Positions 1 through 10,974 are shown, counted from the stretch's first letter. The stretch is DNA of 64,000 nucleotides from an uncultured bacterium (GCA_964472715.1 CAYYMT010000002.1:2602-66601), one strand, 5' to 3'. Notes: generated by a model from the sequence alone, not told the origin. Numbers and translations: made by a program.

Positions 1-106
1 AAAATCACCCCGGTTTAAAACAAAACTGATATTTTCAAACACAGTAATATTATTTTCTTTGCTGAAATATTGTTTTTTTAAATTTTTTACTTCCAATACT
101 TTGGTG

Positions 107-1327
107 TTATTTTTCATATCTGATCGCTTCCAGTGGCAAAAGTTGACTGATTTTGTAAGCCGGGTATATAGTTCCCAGAAATATCAATATTATGCCGGTA
201 ATGATAATTAAAAACAAATCAAGAAAATAAAGTTTAACCGGCAGATAGGGAATAAAATAGACCGGCGGCAAAGGAATGAAGTTGTATTTTGCCTGTAGAA
301 TTATAATTGTCAATGACAAAAATAAACCGGCAATCATACCGATCAAACCGGTGATCATGCCCAAACGGGTAAAAATCTTTCTTAACTGGGTATTATTTAC
401 ACCTAAGGCCTGCAGCATTCCAATCTCTCTTATCTTCTCCATGACCAGCATGACCAAGGAACTGGTCAAATTAAAAACAGCAACAAATATAATTAAACTA
501 AGGGCAATAAACGTTCCATACTTTTCCAGTTTCATAGCGCCAAATAAAGTCTGGTGCAACTCCTCCCAACTTTTTATATCAGCGTCCCGGAAATTTATTG
601 TTTTTAATGCGGACATCATTTTTCCGGCTCGTTTATAGTCCTTAAATTTAACATTGATTTCCGTATAATTGTTCCCTTTACGAAATATTCGCTGCCCTTG
701 TGAGAGGTCAATAAATGCCACATTATCATCATAATCAAACAAATCCAGCCGGAATACACCGGTGAGGACAAATTGACCGACATAAGGAATGTTAAAAGTA
801 CTACCGATTTTCAGCGGATTGACCACATTCACTGTATCACCAATATAAAGCCCCATCTTGTCCACCAGCCGGTATCCCATAATAATACCCGGTAATTCGC
901 TGACAGGGGAATTCAGGTAATTCCCGCCACGGACAAAGAGCGACTCCCCGAACATCTCTTCCCTGGCAACGGAATCAACAGCTTTAATTTTGACGACAGC
1001 ATCCTTGTGATCATTGGTCAAAATCGATTTGCTTGTCACAGCCGGATGAACACTTAATTTTTTTTCTTCACGAAATTTCGTTTGAATGGCTTTCACATCA
1101 TCCGGGTTGAGCTGATTTCCTATAATTTTTACATGAGATTCAAAATCAATCAGTCGCCGGCTGATCTCATTTTCAAAGCCATTTAATACTGCCACTGCCA
1201 AAATCATGGCAAAAATTCCAATTGCAACCCCCACAATAGAGACCCAGGAAGTGAAGGATATCAATCCGGTTTGTTTCTTGGAGAAAAAATACCTGAAAGC
1301 AACCATGTTGATAAATTTTTTATTCAT
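107..1327 (-). CDS. Lipoprotein-release ABC transporter permease, LolC/LolE (FtsX) family
   Basis: 406-aa ORF with an N-terminal TM helix, a large periplasmic loop and a C-terminal FtsX-type 3-TM bundle. An 8-bp overlap with the upstream paralog suggests translational coupling. Confidence 0.75.
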   Translation of the reverse strand: MNKKFINMVAFRYFFSKKQTGLISFTSWVSIVGVAIGIFAMILAVAVLNGFENEISRRLIDFESHVKIIGNQLNPDDVKAIQTKFREEKKLSVHPAVTSKSILTNDHKDAVVKIKAVDSVAREEMFGESLFVRGGNYLNSPVSELPGIIMGYRLVDKMGLYIGDTVNVVNPLKIGSTFNIPYVGQFVLTGVFRLDLFDYDDNVAFIDLSQGQRIFRKGNNYTEINVKFKDYKRAGKMMSALKTINFRDADIKSWEELHQTLFGAMKLEKYGTFIALSLIIFVAVFNLTSSLVMLVMEKIREIGMLQALGVNNTQLRKIFTRLGMITGLIGMIAGLFLSLTIIILQAKYNFIPLPPVYFIPYLPVKLYFLDLFLIIITGIILIFLGTIYPAYKISQLLPLEAIRYEK

Positions 1328-2540
1328 AACGAATTGCCTCCACCGGTTCCAGTCTTGTCGCTTTATAGGCGGGATAAATTGTTGCCATCAGACAAAAAAA
1401 CAAAGCGCCGGCGCCAATATATAAAAAATTCCAGGCATTGAGGAGAATCGGTAAATTCTGCATAAAATAAACATCTTCAGGAATCGAAATAATTCCAAAT
1501 TTTTGTTGTAACCACGTAATTCCAAGCGCCAATAAATACCCGCATCCAATGCCTGTAAGTCCAATCAGCATTGATTCAATCACAAATATTTTCAATATCT
1601 GGTTGTTGTTCACGCCGTAACTTTTCAAAATACCGATATCTTTTGTTTTTTCGATTACGATCATCATCAGGGAACTGACAATATTGAAAATAGCGACCAA
1701 ACTGATCAGGCCGAAGATCAAAATAACCGGCAAGCGCTGGACTCTCAGCCATTCGAACAGATTAGCGTGCATATCATTCATACTTCTGGCATTATAGGGA
1801 AATCCCAGGCTTTCATCAATATCCGCTGCGATTTGATCAGCTTTATCCGGATCGCTTAACATAATTTGATAGCCGGATATTTCATCTCCAATTTGAAATA
1901 ATTCTTTTGTGGCCTGCAAACTGGTATAAACAAAAATATCATCGTAGTCGGAAATTCCGGAATCATACAAACCGGTTACCACAAAAACGCCGATTTTTGG
2001 CCGGCGGCCAACTCCCCTGGCACCATGAATAACGAAGAGATAGACTTCATCGCCAATCGCCAATTCCAGTTTATTAGCCAGTTTTTCACCCATCAGGAGG
2101 CCGGGATTATCATCGTCCGTCTTAAAATTAGCCTGCCCTTTGGAAATGAAACGCTCAATATTAATAGTATGACCAATTTGTTCATGATCAATTCCTTCAA
2201 CAATGACCCCATCGGTGAGATTTTTATTACGAATGATGACATGGCGCTGAATATAGGGAACGATGTGGGTTATTTCCGGATATGACTCTAATTGCTCCTC
2301 TACTTTCCGGGCGGAATCCAGTGAGGCCGAATACATCAGATTGAGACGAATGTGGGCGTCAAAGTCCACTAATTTGGACTTGAGTTCCTTTTCGAAACCG
2401 TTAAGTATGGAAATGGTTAATATTAAAGCAGCGACACCCACGCTGAGTCCGATCACAGAAAAAATACTGATAAAACTGATAAATCCGATTTTGTGATGGC
2501 CAAGTAAATGTCGCTTTGCAATATAATAGGATATATTCAT
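1320..2540 (-). CDS. Lipoprotein-release ABC transporter permease, LolC/LolE (FtsX) family, second paralog
   Basis: 406-aa ORF with the same architecture as 107..1327. The N-terminus (MNISYYIAKRHLLG...FISFISIFSVIGLSVGVAALI) is typical of LolC/E. Confidence 0.75.
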   Translation of the reverse strand: MNISYYIAKRHLLGHHKIGFISFISIFSVIGLSVGVAALILTISILNGFEKELKSKLVDFDAHIRLNLMYSASLDSARKVEEQLESYPEITHIVPYIQRHVIIRNKNLTDGVIVEGIDHEQIGHTINIERFISKGQANFKTDDDNPGLLMGEKLANKLELAIGDEVYLFVIHGARGVGRRPKIGVFVVTGLYDSGISDYDDIFVYTSLQATKELFQIGDEISGYQIMLSDPDKADQIAADIDESLGFPYNARSMNDMHANLFEWLRVQRLPVILIFGLISLVAIFNIVSSLMMIVIEKTKDIGILKSYGVNNNQILKIFVIESMLIGLTGIGCGYLLALGITWLQQKFGIISIPEDVYFMQNLPILLNAWNFLYIGAGALFFCLMATIYPAYKATRLEPVEAIRYE

Positions 2541-2554
2541 TGCTTTTATCTGAA

Positions 2555-4051
2555 TTATGTCTTCATTTGCGGGAACAGCAGTACATCACGAATTGTTTTC
2601 TGGTTTGTAAATAACATGGTCAGGCGATCAATTCCAATACCCACACCACCGGTTGGCGGCATGCCGTATTCCATGGCCTGAATAAAATCCTTATCATAAG
2701 TTTGCGCCTCTTCGTCACCTTCCAGCCCCAGTCGTTCCTGGTTCCGCAGGCGCTCTTCCTGATCTATCGGGTCATTCAGTTCGCTAAAGGCATTGGAAAA
2801 TTCCTTGGCACCGATAAACAGTTCAAATCGTTCCACAATTCGGTCGGAACCGTCCCGTTTTAATTTTGCTAACGGCGAAATAGCTTTTGGAAAATCGATC
2901 ACAAAGGTCGGCTGAATCAATTTCGGTTCCACAAATTGATCAAAAAGATATTCTATATAATTACCATAGTGATCTTTGTCACCGGTCTTAATGCCTTTGG
3001 ATTCACAGACCTTTTTCATTTCCGCCTCATCGGCTTCACTCAGATCAATGCCAACATATTCTTCCAGCAGATCAAACATGGTTTTACGGGCAAAGGTCTT
3101 TTTAAAATCAATGGTTTCGCCTTCGTAAGTGAACTCATATTCACCCAGTTGGTCGCAAATATGCTTGAACATTTTTTCAACGAAATCCATCATATAGTTG
3201 TAGTCCACAAAGGTCTCATAAAATTCCAGCAATGTAAATTCCGGATTATGGTTTCTGTCAATACCTTCATTGCGAAAGTTCTTCGACATTTCAAACACCT
3301 TGTCAAAACCGCCGATAATACATCTTTTCAAATAGAGTTCATCGGAAACTCTCAGAAAAAACTCCCTGTTCAGTGCATTATAATGGGTTCTGAAGGGCCG
3401 GGCCGAAGCGCCGCCGTAAAGGGTTTGCAGGATCGGTGTTTCCACTTCCAGATAGCCATTGTCGATCAGAAAATTTCGCACCCAGGTCATGATCTTGCTT
3501 CGGGTTTCAAAAACCTTGCGGGAATCGGGATTCACGATCAGATCGAGATAACGCTGACGGTAGCGCTGTTCTTTATCGGAAAAAGCATCATAAACCTTAC
3601 CCTCTTTTTCTTTAACTACAGGGAGCGGACGGATACTTTTTGACAGAATTGTCAATTCCTCAACAAAAATGGTGATCTGACCGGTGCGGGTTTCAGTGAC
3701 AGTACCGGCCACGCCAATAATATCTCCCAGATCCAAAAGTTTGAAAACCTGGTATTGCTCTTCACCCAGTTTTTTTTGCTGGAAAAAGACCTGGATTTTT
3801 CCCTGTGAATCCTGAAGGTCACAAAAATTGGCCTTGCCCATCTGCCTGATAGCAGTCAGACGTCCGGCCACACGCACAACCGTCTTATCCTTTATTTCTT
3901 CGTAATTATCAAGGATCTGCCGTGTAAAATGAGTTCTGTTATATTCATAGGGAAAAGGATTGATCCCCATTTCTCTGAGTTTTTCAATTTTATCTTTTCT
4001 GACATTAATTATTTCGGTTAAAGATTTACCCATCGATTCGGTATTACTCAA
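2555..4051 (-). CDS. lysS: Lysine--tRNA ligase (class II)
   Basis: 498 aa with an N-terminal OB anticodon-binding region and class II motifs, including C-terminal GVGIGIDRLTMLFTNQKTIRDVLLFPQMK. It lies directly downstream of prfB, the classic prfB-lysS arrangement. Confidence 0.95.
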   Translation of the reverse strand: MSNTESMGKSLTEIINVRKDKIEKLREMGINPFPYEYNRTHFTRQILDNYEEIKDKTVVRVAGRLTAIRQMGKANFCDLQDSQGKIQVFFQQKKLGEEQYQVFKLLDLGDIIGVAGTVTETRTGQITIFVEELTILSKSIRPLPVVKEKEGKVYDAFSDKEQRYRQRYLDLIVNPDSRKVFETRSKIMTWVRNFLIDNGYLEVETPILQTLYGGASARPFRTHYNALNREFFLRVSDELYLKRCIIGGFDKVFEMSKNFRNEGIDRNHNPEFTLLEFYETFVDYNYMMDFVEKMFKHICDQLGEYEFTYEGETIDFKKTFARKTMFDLLEEYVGIDLSEADEAEMKKVCESKGIKTGDKDHYGNYIEYLFDQFVEPKLIQPTFVIDFPKAISPLAKLKRDGSDRIVERFELFIGAKEFSNAFSELNDPIDQEERLRNQERLGLEGDEEAQTYDKDFIQAMEYGMPPTGGVGIGIDRLTMLFTNQKTIRDVLLFPQMKT

Positions 4052-4052
4052 T

Positions 4053-5160
4053 TTATTTTCTCCTTTTTGCTTGCATGATTAAATATGCATCAATAAAGTC
4101 GTCGATATTTCCATCCATGACAGCCTGTATGTTTCCGGTACTGAGATTAGTCCTGTGGTCTTTTACCATTGTGTAGGGCTGAAACACATAGGAACGGATC
4201 TGATGTCCCCAGCCAATGTCAGTTTTAGTCTCTTCCACCTTATTTTTTTCTTTTTCCAGTTCTTCTTTGTGATGCTGGTAAAGACGCGCTTTCAATAATT
4301 TCATGGCGCTTTCTTTATTTTTATGCTGCGACCTTTCATTCTGACACTGAACAACAATATTAGTGGGGAGATGTGTAATTCTGATAGCAGAATCGGTTTT
4401 ATTCACATGCTGGCCACCAGCGCCACTGGCCCGGTATGTATCAATGCGCAGATCCTGGGAATTGATCTCAACCTCAATCGTATCATCCACCTCGGGATAA
4501 ACAAAAACCGATGCAAAGGAGGTATGCCGTCTTGCATTGGAATCAAAGGGAGATATTCGCACCAACCGGTGAATTCCAGCTTCGGCTTTCAGGTAGCCAT
4601 AGGCATAATCTCCTTTTATCTCAACGGTAACATCTTTGATACCGGCCTCATCGCCTTTTAGCAGGTCAATAACTTTGGCTTTCATACCGGATTGCTCGAC
4701 ATACCGCAAATACATCCGTAATAGCATGTCAGCCCAGTCCTGGGATTCCGTACCTCCGGCGCCGGGGTGAATTGTCAAAATGGCATTTTTGTCATCATCT
4801 TCCCCATTCAACATACTTTTCAGATTGAGTTTTTCAACTTTTTTGGTCAAGGGGATGAGAATATTTTCCACTTCCTGCAAAAGTTCGTCATCATCTTCCA
4901 TTTCTGACAACTCATAAAACTCAATGGCATCATTCAGTTGTTTTTTGACACTATCATATTCTTTGATGGTATCTTCAAATTTACTGATCTTGCTGGTGAT
5001 CTTCTGCGCTTTTGAAGGATCATTCCAAAAATTTTCGTCAGTTGTTAAAGACCTTAGACCTTGCAGTTCCTTTTTCTTAGTTTCGACGTCAAAGAAACCT
5101 CCGCAAATCTTCCACCTGAGGCTTTAATGTCTCAATTGTCTGTTTAATATCCAGTTCCAT
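4053..5160 (-). CDS. prfB: Peptide chain release factor 2, expressed through a programmed +1 ribosomal frameshift
   Basis: The 285-aa frame (4053..4910) carries the RF2 signature SGAGGQHVNKTDSAIRITH and GGQ motif. The true N-terminus is a 23-codon frame-0 ORF starting with ATG at 5160 (MELDIKQTIETLKPQVEDLRRFL) that ends in CTT-TGA-C. It is preceded by an internal Shine-Dalgarno GGAGG; the reverse complement of 5088..5102 reads GGAGGTTTCTTTGAC. After the +1 shift the reading continues DVETKKKELQGL... into the long ORF. Confidence 0.9.
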
Positions 5161-5167
5161 TTTGACC

Positions 5168-5635
5168 TTATTTAATTAAATCTTCCGAGGGCAATAAGGA
5201 GGAAAATTCTTTGTAACTGGAGAGAGCAATATAAGTTCTGGTCTGCAACACACCATCCCAGGATTGAATATCAGACAGTAATTTTTCCAGTGTCATGGTG
5301 TTTTGTGTCTGAATTTTTAAAAGATGCGATCCTTCGCCGGTAATGGAGTGACATTCGATGATATCACTGACTTTATGAGTGTTATCTACAAAACTGTTAT
5401 AATTTTTTGACGGAGTTGTAATGACAAAAACAAAGGCTGTCACCTCTTTACCGATTTTAGAGTTGTTTACCTTGGCGTGATATCCGCTGATAATGCCTTT
5501 CTGCTCCAGTTTTCGCATTCTTTCACTGACCGCCGGAATTGTTAATCCCACCTGTTCAGCGATTTTATTTCTTTGAATTCTTCCTTCTCTCTGCAAAATA
5601 TCCAAAATTTGAACATCGATTTTATCCATCTTCAA
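5168..5635 (-). CDS. Lrp/AsnC family transcriptional regulator
   Basis: 155 aa with an N-terminal HTH (DVQILDILQREGRIQRNKIAEQVGLTIPAVSERMRKLEQKGII) and a C-terminal RAM/AsnC_trans_reg-like domain. Confidence 0.85.
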   Translation of the reverse strand: MKMDKIDVQILDILQREGRIQRNKIAEQVGLTIPAVSERMRKLEQKGIISGYHAKVNNSKIGKEVTAFVFVITTPSKNYNSFVDNTHKVSDIIECHSITGEGSHLLKIQTQNTMTLEKLLSDIQSWDGVLQTRTYIALSSYKEFSSLLPSEDLIK

Positions 5636-5670
5636 TTGAACTCCTGTTCTTTATTTTTGATTAAATTTAT

Positions 5671-6195
5671 TTAAGTAATCCATGAATAAATCAAGATACT
5701 CACGGACACAATATTTAATACATTTAAAATTTTTGGTAAATTATCAAAAAACTGACGATTTTTTGTTTTCGGAATGATTATTACCATATCATTCCCGATT
5801 TTTGGTTCAGTTCGAAATTTACCTTTTTGCAGGAAATACTCCAAATTAATAATTTGTTGAAGTATCTTTTCATTACTTTTTAAATTTTGAACTTCCCCAA
5901 TTAATTCGATTTTACTCAAATCAGCCGAGGCTTTAGGCCCGCCGGCCAGAGAAATAATGTCCACCAGGCCGGCATATTCCGGCACAATATAAACGCCGGG
6001 ATTATGAATTTCACCCCAAATACTGATTTTGTGATTTTCATTATTTAAAAAAGCAGAATCCCGCCGGGCAACCACTTCAAAACCTCTCACCTGCGGTGTA
6101 AAATTATTTGACTGCCCCTGTTGACCGAACAATACCTTCAAAAATATTATACAGCAAAGGATTGTTTTATATAGATTTTTCTTATTCATTTCCAA
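5671..6195 (-). CDS. Secreted SLBB-domain protein (polysaccharide-export/ComEA-N-like beta-grasp)
   Basis: 174 aa with a signal peptide and a GVYIVPEYAGLVDIISLAGGPKASADL motif resembling the SLBB domain of Wza and ComEA. Confidence 0.45.
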   Translation of the reverse strand: MEMNKKNLYKTILCCIIFLKVLFGQQGQSNNFTPQVRGFEVVARRDSAFLNNENHKISIWGEIHNPGVYIVPEYAGLVDIISLAGGPKASADLSKIELIGEVQNLKSNEKILQQIINLEYFLQKGKFRTEPKIGNDMVIIIPKTKNRQFFDNLPKILNVLNIVSVSILIYSWIT

Positions 6196-6383
6196 TAATC
6201 AATATTTCTAAATAAATTAAAACAGTCAACACGGTTAATTCATAATTCGTAACCTTTACAAAAAGCCTCATAATTTCAACTTTAAAAGACAAATTTGCAA
6301 CCATCTTATGAAGATAATTTTTTATGCCATAGCAAAATTTCAATAATTTAACTAACCAACTGAACAAAAGTGTCTTAATTAAA

Positions 6384-7151
6384 TTATTTATCACTGAAGA
6401 AAAGTTTATTCAGAAATCCGCGCAGAGTATCTTCATTGAGATTACGGTAAAACATGCCTTCGTAAGCAACAGAAATTTTTTGCGTTTCCTCACTGACAAC
6501 AACAATGACAGCATCAGATTCTTCTGAAAGGCCAAGTGCGGCACGATGGCGGGTTCCGACCATCTGTGTCAAATCGGGATTCTGAGAGAGCGGCAATATA
6601 CATCCGGCGGCCTCGATCATATTATTCTGGATCAGTATTGCGCCGTCATGCAGAGGCGATTCGGGATTGAATATCGATACCATCAAATTGGAACTGACTT
6701 TAGCATTCATTTCAGTCCCTTGTTCCTTGATGGTTTTCAGCATATTTTCCTTGGAAAGCACAACCAGACCGCCCCATTTTCGTCGTGAAAGTTCCAGGGC
6801 GGTATCGATGATCTCTTCGATCAACCGTGATTTCTGCTTATGGGTGAACCGTCCGAAGAACCGGCTTTGCCCCACATTGATCAAAATCCGCCGCAATTCC
6901 GGCTGAAAAATGATCACAAAGGCAATCACCCAAATAGTCCTTAAATTTCCCATTAAAAAGGAGATGGACTGCAGGTTTAAAATATTGGAAATAAAGGATA
7001 ACAGAAATATGATGATGAGGCCAATGATCATCTGACCGGCCCTTGAATCCCTAAAAAATTTATACAGATACAAAAAAATAAAATAGACCAGAACAATATC
7101 CAGAATATCCCAAATTGTAACTGTTATGAATTTATAGGTGAATAATTCCAT
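6384..7151 (-). CDS. cdaA: Diadenylate cyclase (c-di-AMP synthase), membrane-anchored CdaA type
   Basis: 255 aa with three N-terminal TM helices and a DisA_N/DAC domain carrying DGAILI...TRHRAALGLSEESDAVIVVVSEETQKIS. Its start overlaps the folP stop. Confidence 0.9.
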   Translation of the reverse strand: MELFTYKFITVTIWDILDIVLVYFIFLYLYKFFRDSRAGQMIIGLIIIFLLSFISNILNLQSISFLMGNLRTIWVIAFVIIFQPELRRILINVGQSRFFGRFTHKQKSRLIEEIIDTALELSRRKWGGLVVLSKENMLKTIKEQGTEMNAKVSSNLMVSIFNPESPLHDGAILIQNNMIEAAGCILPLSQNPDLTQMVGTRHRAALGLSEESDAVIVVVSEETQKISVAYEGMFYRNLNEDTLRGFLNKLFFSDK

Positions 7152-7153
7152 TT

Positions 7154-8347
7154 TTATTTCTTTCCAATGATTTCATCCGCGACCCTGACAGCCCGGAACG
7201 TTTCTTTGACATCATGAACGCGAACAATGTCCGCTCCATTCAATATTGATGCTGTTACCGCAGCCAGTGTTCCTTCCAGTCGTTCATCAGCAGGCAAGTC
7301 CAGCAAATTACCAATAAAAGATTTTCGTGATGGTCCTACCAATAATGGATAACCGGCACTTTTGAATTCATTTAAATAACGAATTATATCGTAATTTTTC
7401 CGCCAGGGCTTACCGAACCCGATTCCCGGGTCCAGAACAATTTTGGTCTTATCAATTCCCGAATTTTTTAACTTTCCGGCAGATTTCCAAAGGTACGCTA
7501 AAATTTCATCGATCATATTTTCATAGACCGGTTTTTTTTGCATATTTTGGGGTGTTCCCTGAATGTGCATCAAAACTGCAGATGCTTTATTTTTTGCAAT
7601 AACTTCGACCATTTTCTCATCAAAATTCAGGCCGCTTATATCGTTGACAATATCCGCACCGGCTGTCAGCGCTTTTTCCGCCACTTCACTTTTGTAAGTA
7701 TCAATTGAGATTGGTATGTCATTTTTTTGTCTGATTTTTTCTATCACCGGTATGACACGGGATAGCTCTGTTTTGAGATCAACTGCTGCTGCGCCGGGGC
7801 GGGTGGATTCGCCGCCGATATCAATAATATCAGCCCCTTGCTCAATCATCTTCATGGCATGGCCGTAAGCCTTTTCTTCGCCGGAGTAATGACCGCCATC
7901 TGAAAAAGAGTCCGGCGTCACATTCAAAATTCCCATGATCAAGGTTTTTTTTGACAAATCAAACCGCTGCTGTCCCACTTCAAAAATAGTCCCGGAACTT
8001 TTACTCAGAAATTCTTTCAATTCCTGCTGCAAACGCTCCAACCCGAAGCATTGGTAATCCAGGCTGGCCACCAGTTGTTTAAATTGTTTCCGCGTACCAA
8101 AGATGATTGCCGGTTTCGAATCGATTGAACAATTAGCAGCGCCTTTTGAAACGGCTGCTTCGCCCCCGATTGATAACATTTGCTGTTTCAAAATATTACA
8201 GCCGGCAGCCGGCAGCGGCGGAGTTTTCAGGATAATAAACTCACCCTTTTCCAGCATAATATTGATTCCTGCCGGATCCACCTGGCACCGCGCCATCTCC
8301 AGTTTTAACTGGTTTTTATCATTTATCGTCAGCTGTCTCAGCATCAC
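7154..8347 (-). CDS. folP: Dihydropteroate synthase with an N-terminal extension of about 120 aa
   Basis: The pterin-binding core reads LIMGILNVTPDSFSDGG...DIIDIGGESTRPGA. About 120 residues of unknown domain precede it. Confidence 0.9.
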   Translation of the reverse strand: MMLRQLTINDKNQLKLEMARCQVDPAGINIMLEKGEFIILKTPPLPAAGCNILKQQMLSIGGEAAVSKGAANCSIDSKPAIIFGTRKQFKQLVASLDYQCFGLERLQQELKEFLSKSSGTIFEVGQQRFDLSKKTLIMGILNVTPDSFSDGGHYSGEEKAYGHAMKMIEQGADIIDIGGESTRPGAAAVDLKTELSRVIPVIEKIRQKNDIPISIDTYKSEVAEKALTAGADIVNDISGLNFDEKMVEVIAKNKASAVLMHIQGTPQNMQKKPVYENMIDEILAYLWKSAGKLKNSGIDKTKIVLDPGIGFGKPWRKNYDIIRYLNEFKSAGYPLLVGPSRKSFIGNLLDLPADERLEGTLAAVTASILNGADIVRVHDVKETFRAVRVADEIIGKK

Positions 8348-10397
8348 CTGTTTTATCTCTGTTCTTCTTGTCTACATTTTCTTCTGATGCCGGTTTCTCA
8401 TTATCATCTGTATTTTCTGTATTTTTTCCCGATTCTTCTTTTTTTTGCTTTGGATCATCCGGCTGGTTGGTTTGTATTTTTTCCGCAGGCTTTATCGCTA
8501 CTTTTTCACCATTAATTACCTTTTTGATTTCATCGGCATCAAGTATTTCGTGCTCTAACAGAGCCTGTGCCAGCAATTCCAGTTCTTCACTTCTTTCTTT
8601 CAGAATTTCCACTGCTTGCTGCTGTGCTTCTTCAACAATTTTTCGTACTTCCTGGTCAATGACTTTCGCAGTCTCCTCGCTAAAATCACGGTGCTGAGAG
8701 ATTTCTCTGCCTAAAAATATTTCTTCCTGCTTTTTACCAAAGGTTAGTGGTCCGAGTTTTTCACTCATTCCCCATTCACAAACCATTTTTCGTGCCATAC
8801 CGGTGGCTCTTTCAATATCATTGCCGGCGCCGGTGGAGAGGTCATTAAAAACCATTTGTTCGGCAGCCCGGCCACCCAGTAATATTCCCAGACGTCCCTG
8901 AATATAACTTCTGGAGTAATTATGTCTGTCATCCAGAGGCAATTGGTGAGTCACACCCATGGCTCTTCCACGAGGAATAATGGTCACTTTGTGAATCGGG
9001 TCAGCTTCGGGAATATTTAACGCCACAAGTACGTGTCCGGCTTCATGATAAGCCGTCAATTTGCGTTCTTCTTCGCTAATAACCATACTCTTGCGTTCTT
9101 TGCCCATCATGACCTTATCTTTGGCATCCTCAAAATCTATATTCTGAACCTTATCTTTACCGCGCCGGGCAGCCAGCAATGCCGCCTCATTAACAAGATT
9201 CGCAAGATCAGCTCCTACAAGTCCGGGAGTTCCCCTGGCGATTACTTTGATATCAACATCTTCATCCAGTGGAATTTCTTTGGTATGTACCTCTAAAATA
9301 CCGGCGCGTCCATTGACATCCGGTGAATCCACTATGATCTGACGGTCAAAGCGTCCGGGCCGCAATAAGGCATTATCCAGCACATCAGGCCGGTTGGTAG
9401 CGGCGATAATGATAATATTTGTATTTTCATCAAATCCATCCATCTCAACCAGTAGCTGATTCAGGGTCTGTTCACGCTCATCATGTCCGCCACCGAGGCC
9501 GGCGCCGCGATGACGGCCTACTGCATCAATCTCATCAATAAAGATAATACAAGGTGCATTTTTCTTTCCCTGCTGAAAAAGATCACGCACACGTGACGCC
9601 CCGACACCTACGAACATCTCCACAAAATCGGCACCACTGATACTAAAAAAAGGCACACCGGCTTCTCCGGCAACCGCTTTGGCCAACAGCGTTTTTCCGG
9701 TGCCCGGAGGTCCCAATAATAAGGCGCCTTTCGGTATTTTACCACCCAGTTTAGAAAACTTCTCAGGTGATTTCAAAAATTCAATCACTTCTTCCAACTC
9801 TTCTTTTGCTTCCTGGCAGCCGGCAACATTTTTAAAAGTTGTCTTTGGTGTATCGGCTGTCCAAAGTTTTGCCTTACTTTTACCAAATCCAAAAACACCT
9901 TTGTTATTATTGCCCTGCATACGGCGAATAATAAAGATCCATACACCAATGATCAAAAGCCAGGGTAAAAAATTCAACAGATAAGCGGTCCATTCACTAT
10001 TATCCTGCTTAAAATTTATTTCAATCCCTTTGGCTTTCCATTCATTCAGCATATCACTGTCAATGAATGGCAATGTTATCACGAACTTTTTAACTTCCAA
10101 TTCCCGTCCGCCAATATTGATAGTGATCTTATTGATCAATTCACCGTGAAGTTCTTTATCTACTACGAGGATGGATTTTATATTACCCTGTTCTAATTGT
10201 TGCGCATATTGGGTATAGGTAAACTTTACTTCTTCGCCGGGAGATTTGCCCAAAATTCCGAATAAAATAATCGTACTGACAATAATAATCAGCCACATCA
10301 TGGAAGTTTTCGAGGCTTGCTTCCATTTAAAATCATTATTTTTATCAGGTTTTTTATTGTCCTTATTTGGTTTTTTATTTTTTTTATTATCGCTCAT
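8319..10397 (-). CDS. ftsH: ATP-dependent zinc metalloprotease FtsH
   Basis: 692 aa with two TM helices, an AAA module (Walker [17 protein letters not shown]) and an M41 protease HEAGH zinc motif. The N-terminus is Lys-rich and the C-terminal tail is acidic. Confidence 0.95.
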   Translation of the reverse strand: MSDNKKNKKPNKDNKKPDKNNDFKWKQASKTSMMWLIIIVSTIILFGILGKSPGEEVKFTYTQYAQQLEQGNIKSILVVDKELHGELINKITINIGGRELEVKKFVITLPFIDSDMLNEWKAKGIEINFKQDNSEWTAYLLNFLPWLLIIGVWIFIIRRMQGNNNKGVFGFGKSKAKLWTADTPKTTFKNVAGCQEAKEELEEVIEFLKSPEKFSKLGGKIPKGALLLGPPGTGKTLLAKAVAGEAGVPFFSISGADFVEMFVGVGASRVRDLFQQGKKNAPCIIFIDEIDAVGRHRGAGLGGGHDEREQTLNQLLVEMDGFDENTNIIIIAATNRPDVLDNALLRPGRFDRQIIVDSPDVNGRAGILEVHTKEIPLDEDVDIKVIARGTPGLVGADLANLVNEAALLAARRGKDKVQNIDFEDAKDKVMMGKERKSMVISEEERKLTAYHEAGHVLVALNIPEADPIHKVTIIPRGRAMGVTHQLPLDDRHNYSRSYIQGRLGILLGGRAAEQMVFNDLSTGAGNDIERATGMARKMVCEWGMSEKLGPLTFGKKQEEIFLGREISQHRDFSEETAKVIDQEVRKIVEEAQQQAVEILKERSEELELLAQALLEHEILDADEIKKVINGEKVAIKPAEKIQTNQPDDPKQKKEESGKNTENTDDNEKPASEENVDKKNRDKTGDAETADDK

Positions 10398-10412
10398 TCA
10401 TTTTCCTTTTTA

Positions 10413-10973
10413 TTATATATCCACAGAATAAATTGCTTTAAGATTTCTCAAATTTTGGGCCAGGTCCAGTCCGTATCCCACCACATATTTATCCGGTACT
10501 GTAAAGCCGATATAGTCGATAGGTTCCGGTGTCTTAGTATACTCTTTTGTCAAAAGCGTTACGAAGCGGACGGAACTGGTGCCACTCTCTTCCATGCGAC
10601 GTTTGAGAAATTTCATAGAGAGGCCGGTGTCGATAATGTCCTCCACAACCAACACATCGCGTCCGGTTATGTCACAGCTTATATCCTTTAACAAACGAAC
10701 AGTTCCGCTGGATTTGGTTTTATTCTGATACGAGGATATTTTAATGAAATCAACTTCCGCATCCAGATCCAGTTCGCGAAACAGATCAGCAAAAAATATA
10801 AAACTACCATTCAGTACACCAATAATAATAGGTATTTTACCTTTATAGTCATTACTAATTTTGGCCGCCAGTTCTTTTACTCTTGCTCTTATTTTTTCTT
10901 CGGATATCAACACCGAAAGTCTTCTACCGGAAAACTCTCCATAATTTTCATTAAGCACGATATCTTTTGGCAT
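10413..10973 (-). CDS. hpt: Hypoxanthine-guanine phosphoribosyltransferase
   Basis: 186 aa with the PRPP-binding motif VLVVEDIIDTGLS. It sits in the conserved tilS-hpt-ftsH order. Confidence 0.9.
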   Translation of the reverse strand: MPKDIVLNENYGEFSGRRLSVLISEEKIRARVKELAAKISNDYKGKIPIIIGVLNGSFIFFADLFRELDLDAEVDFIKISSYQNKTKSSGTVRLLKDISCDITGRDVLVVEDIIDTGLSMKFLKRRMEESGTSSVRFVTLLTKEYTKTPEPIDYIGFTVPDKYVVGYGLDLAQNLRNLKAIYSVDI

Positions 10974-10974
10974 T

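Noticed and set aside
276-638. Antisense ORFs inside well-supported genes (for example 276..638, 2936..3643, 9679..9984, 49517..49972, 50550..51083, 62529..63071)
   Set aside because: They lie opposite long conserved CDSs with clear family motifs, have a composition typical of antisense-frame artefacts, and lack start and RBS context. They are treated as spurious.
6182-6394. 70-aa ORF between the SLBB gene and cdaA
   Set aside because: It lies in an AT-rich intergenic promoter region, overlaps both neighbours' termini, has a low-complexity hydrophobic composition and has no RBS.
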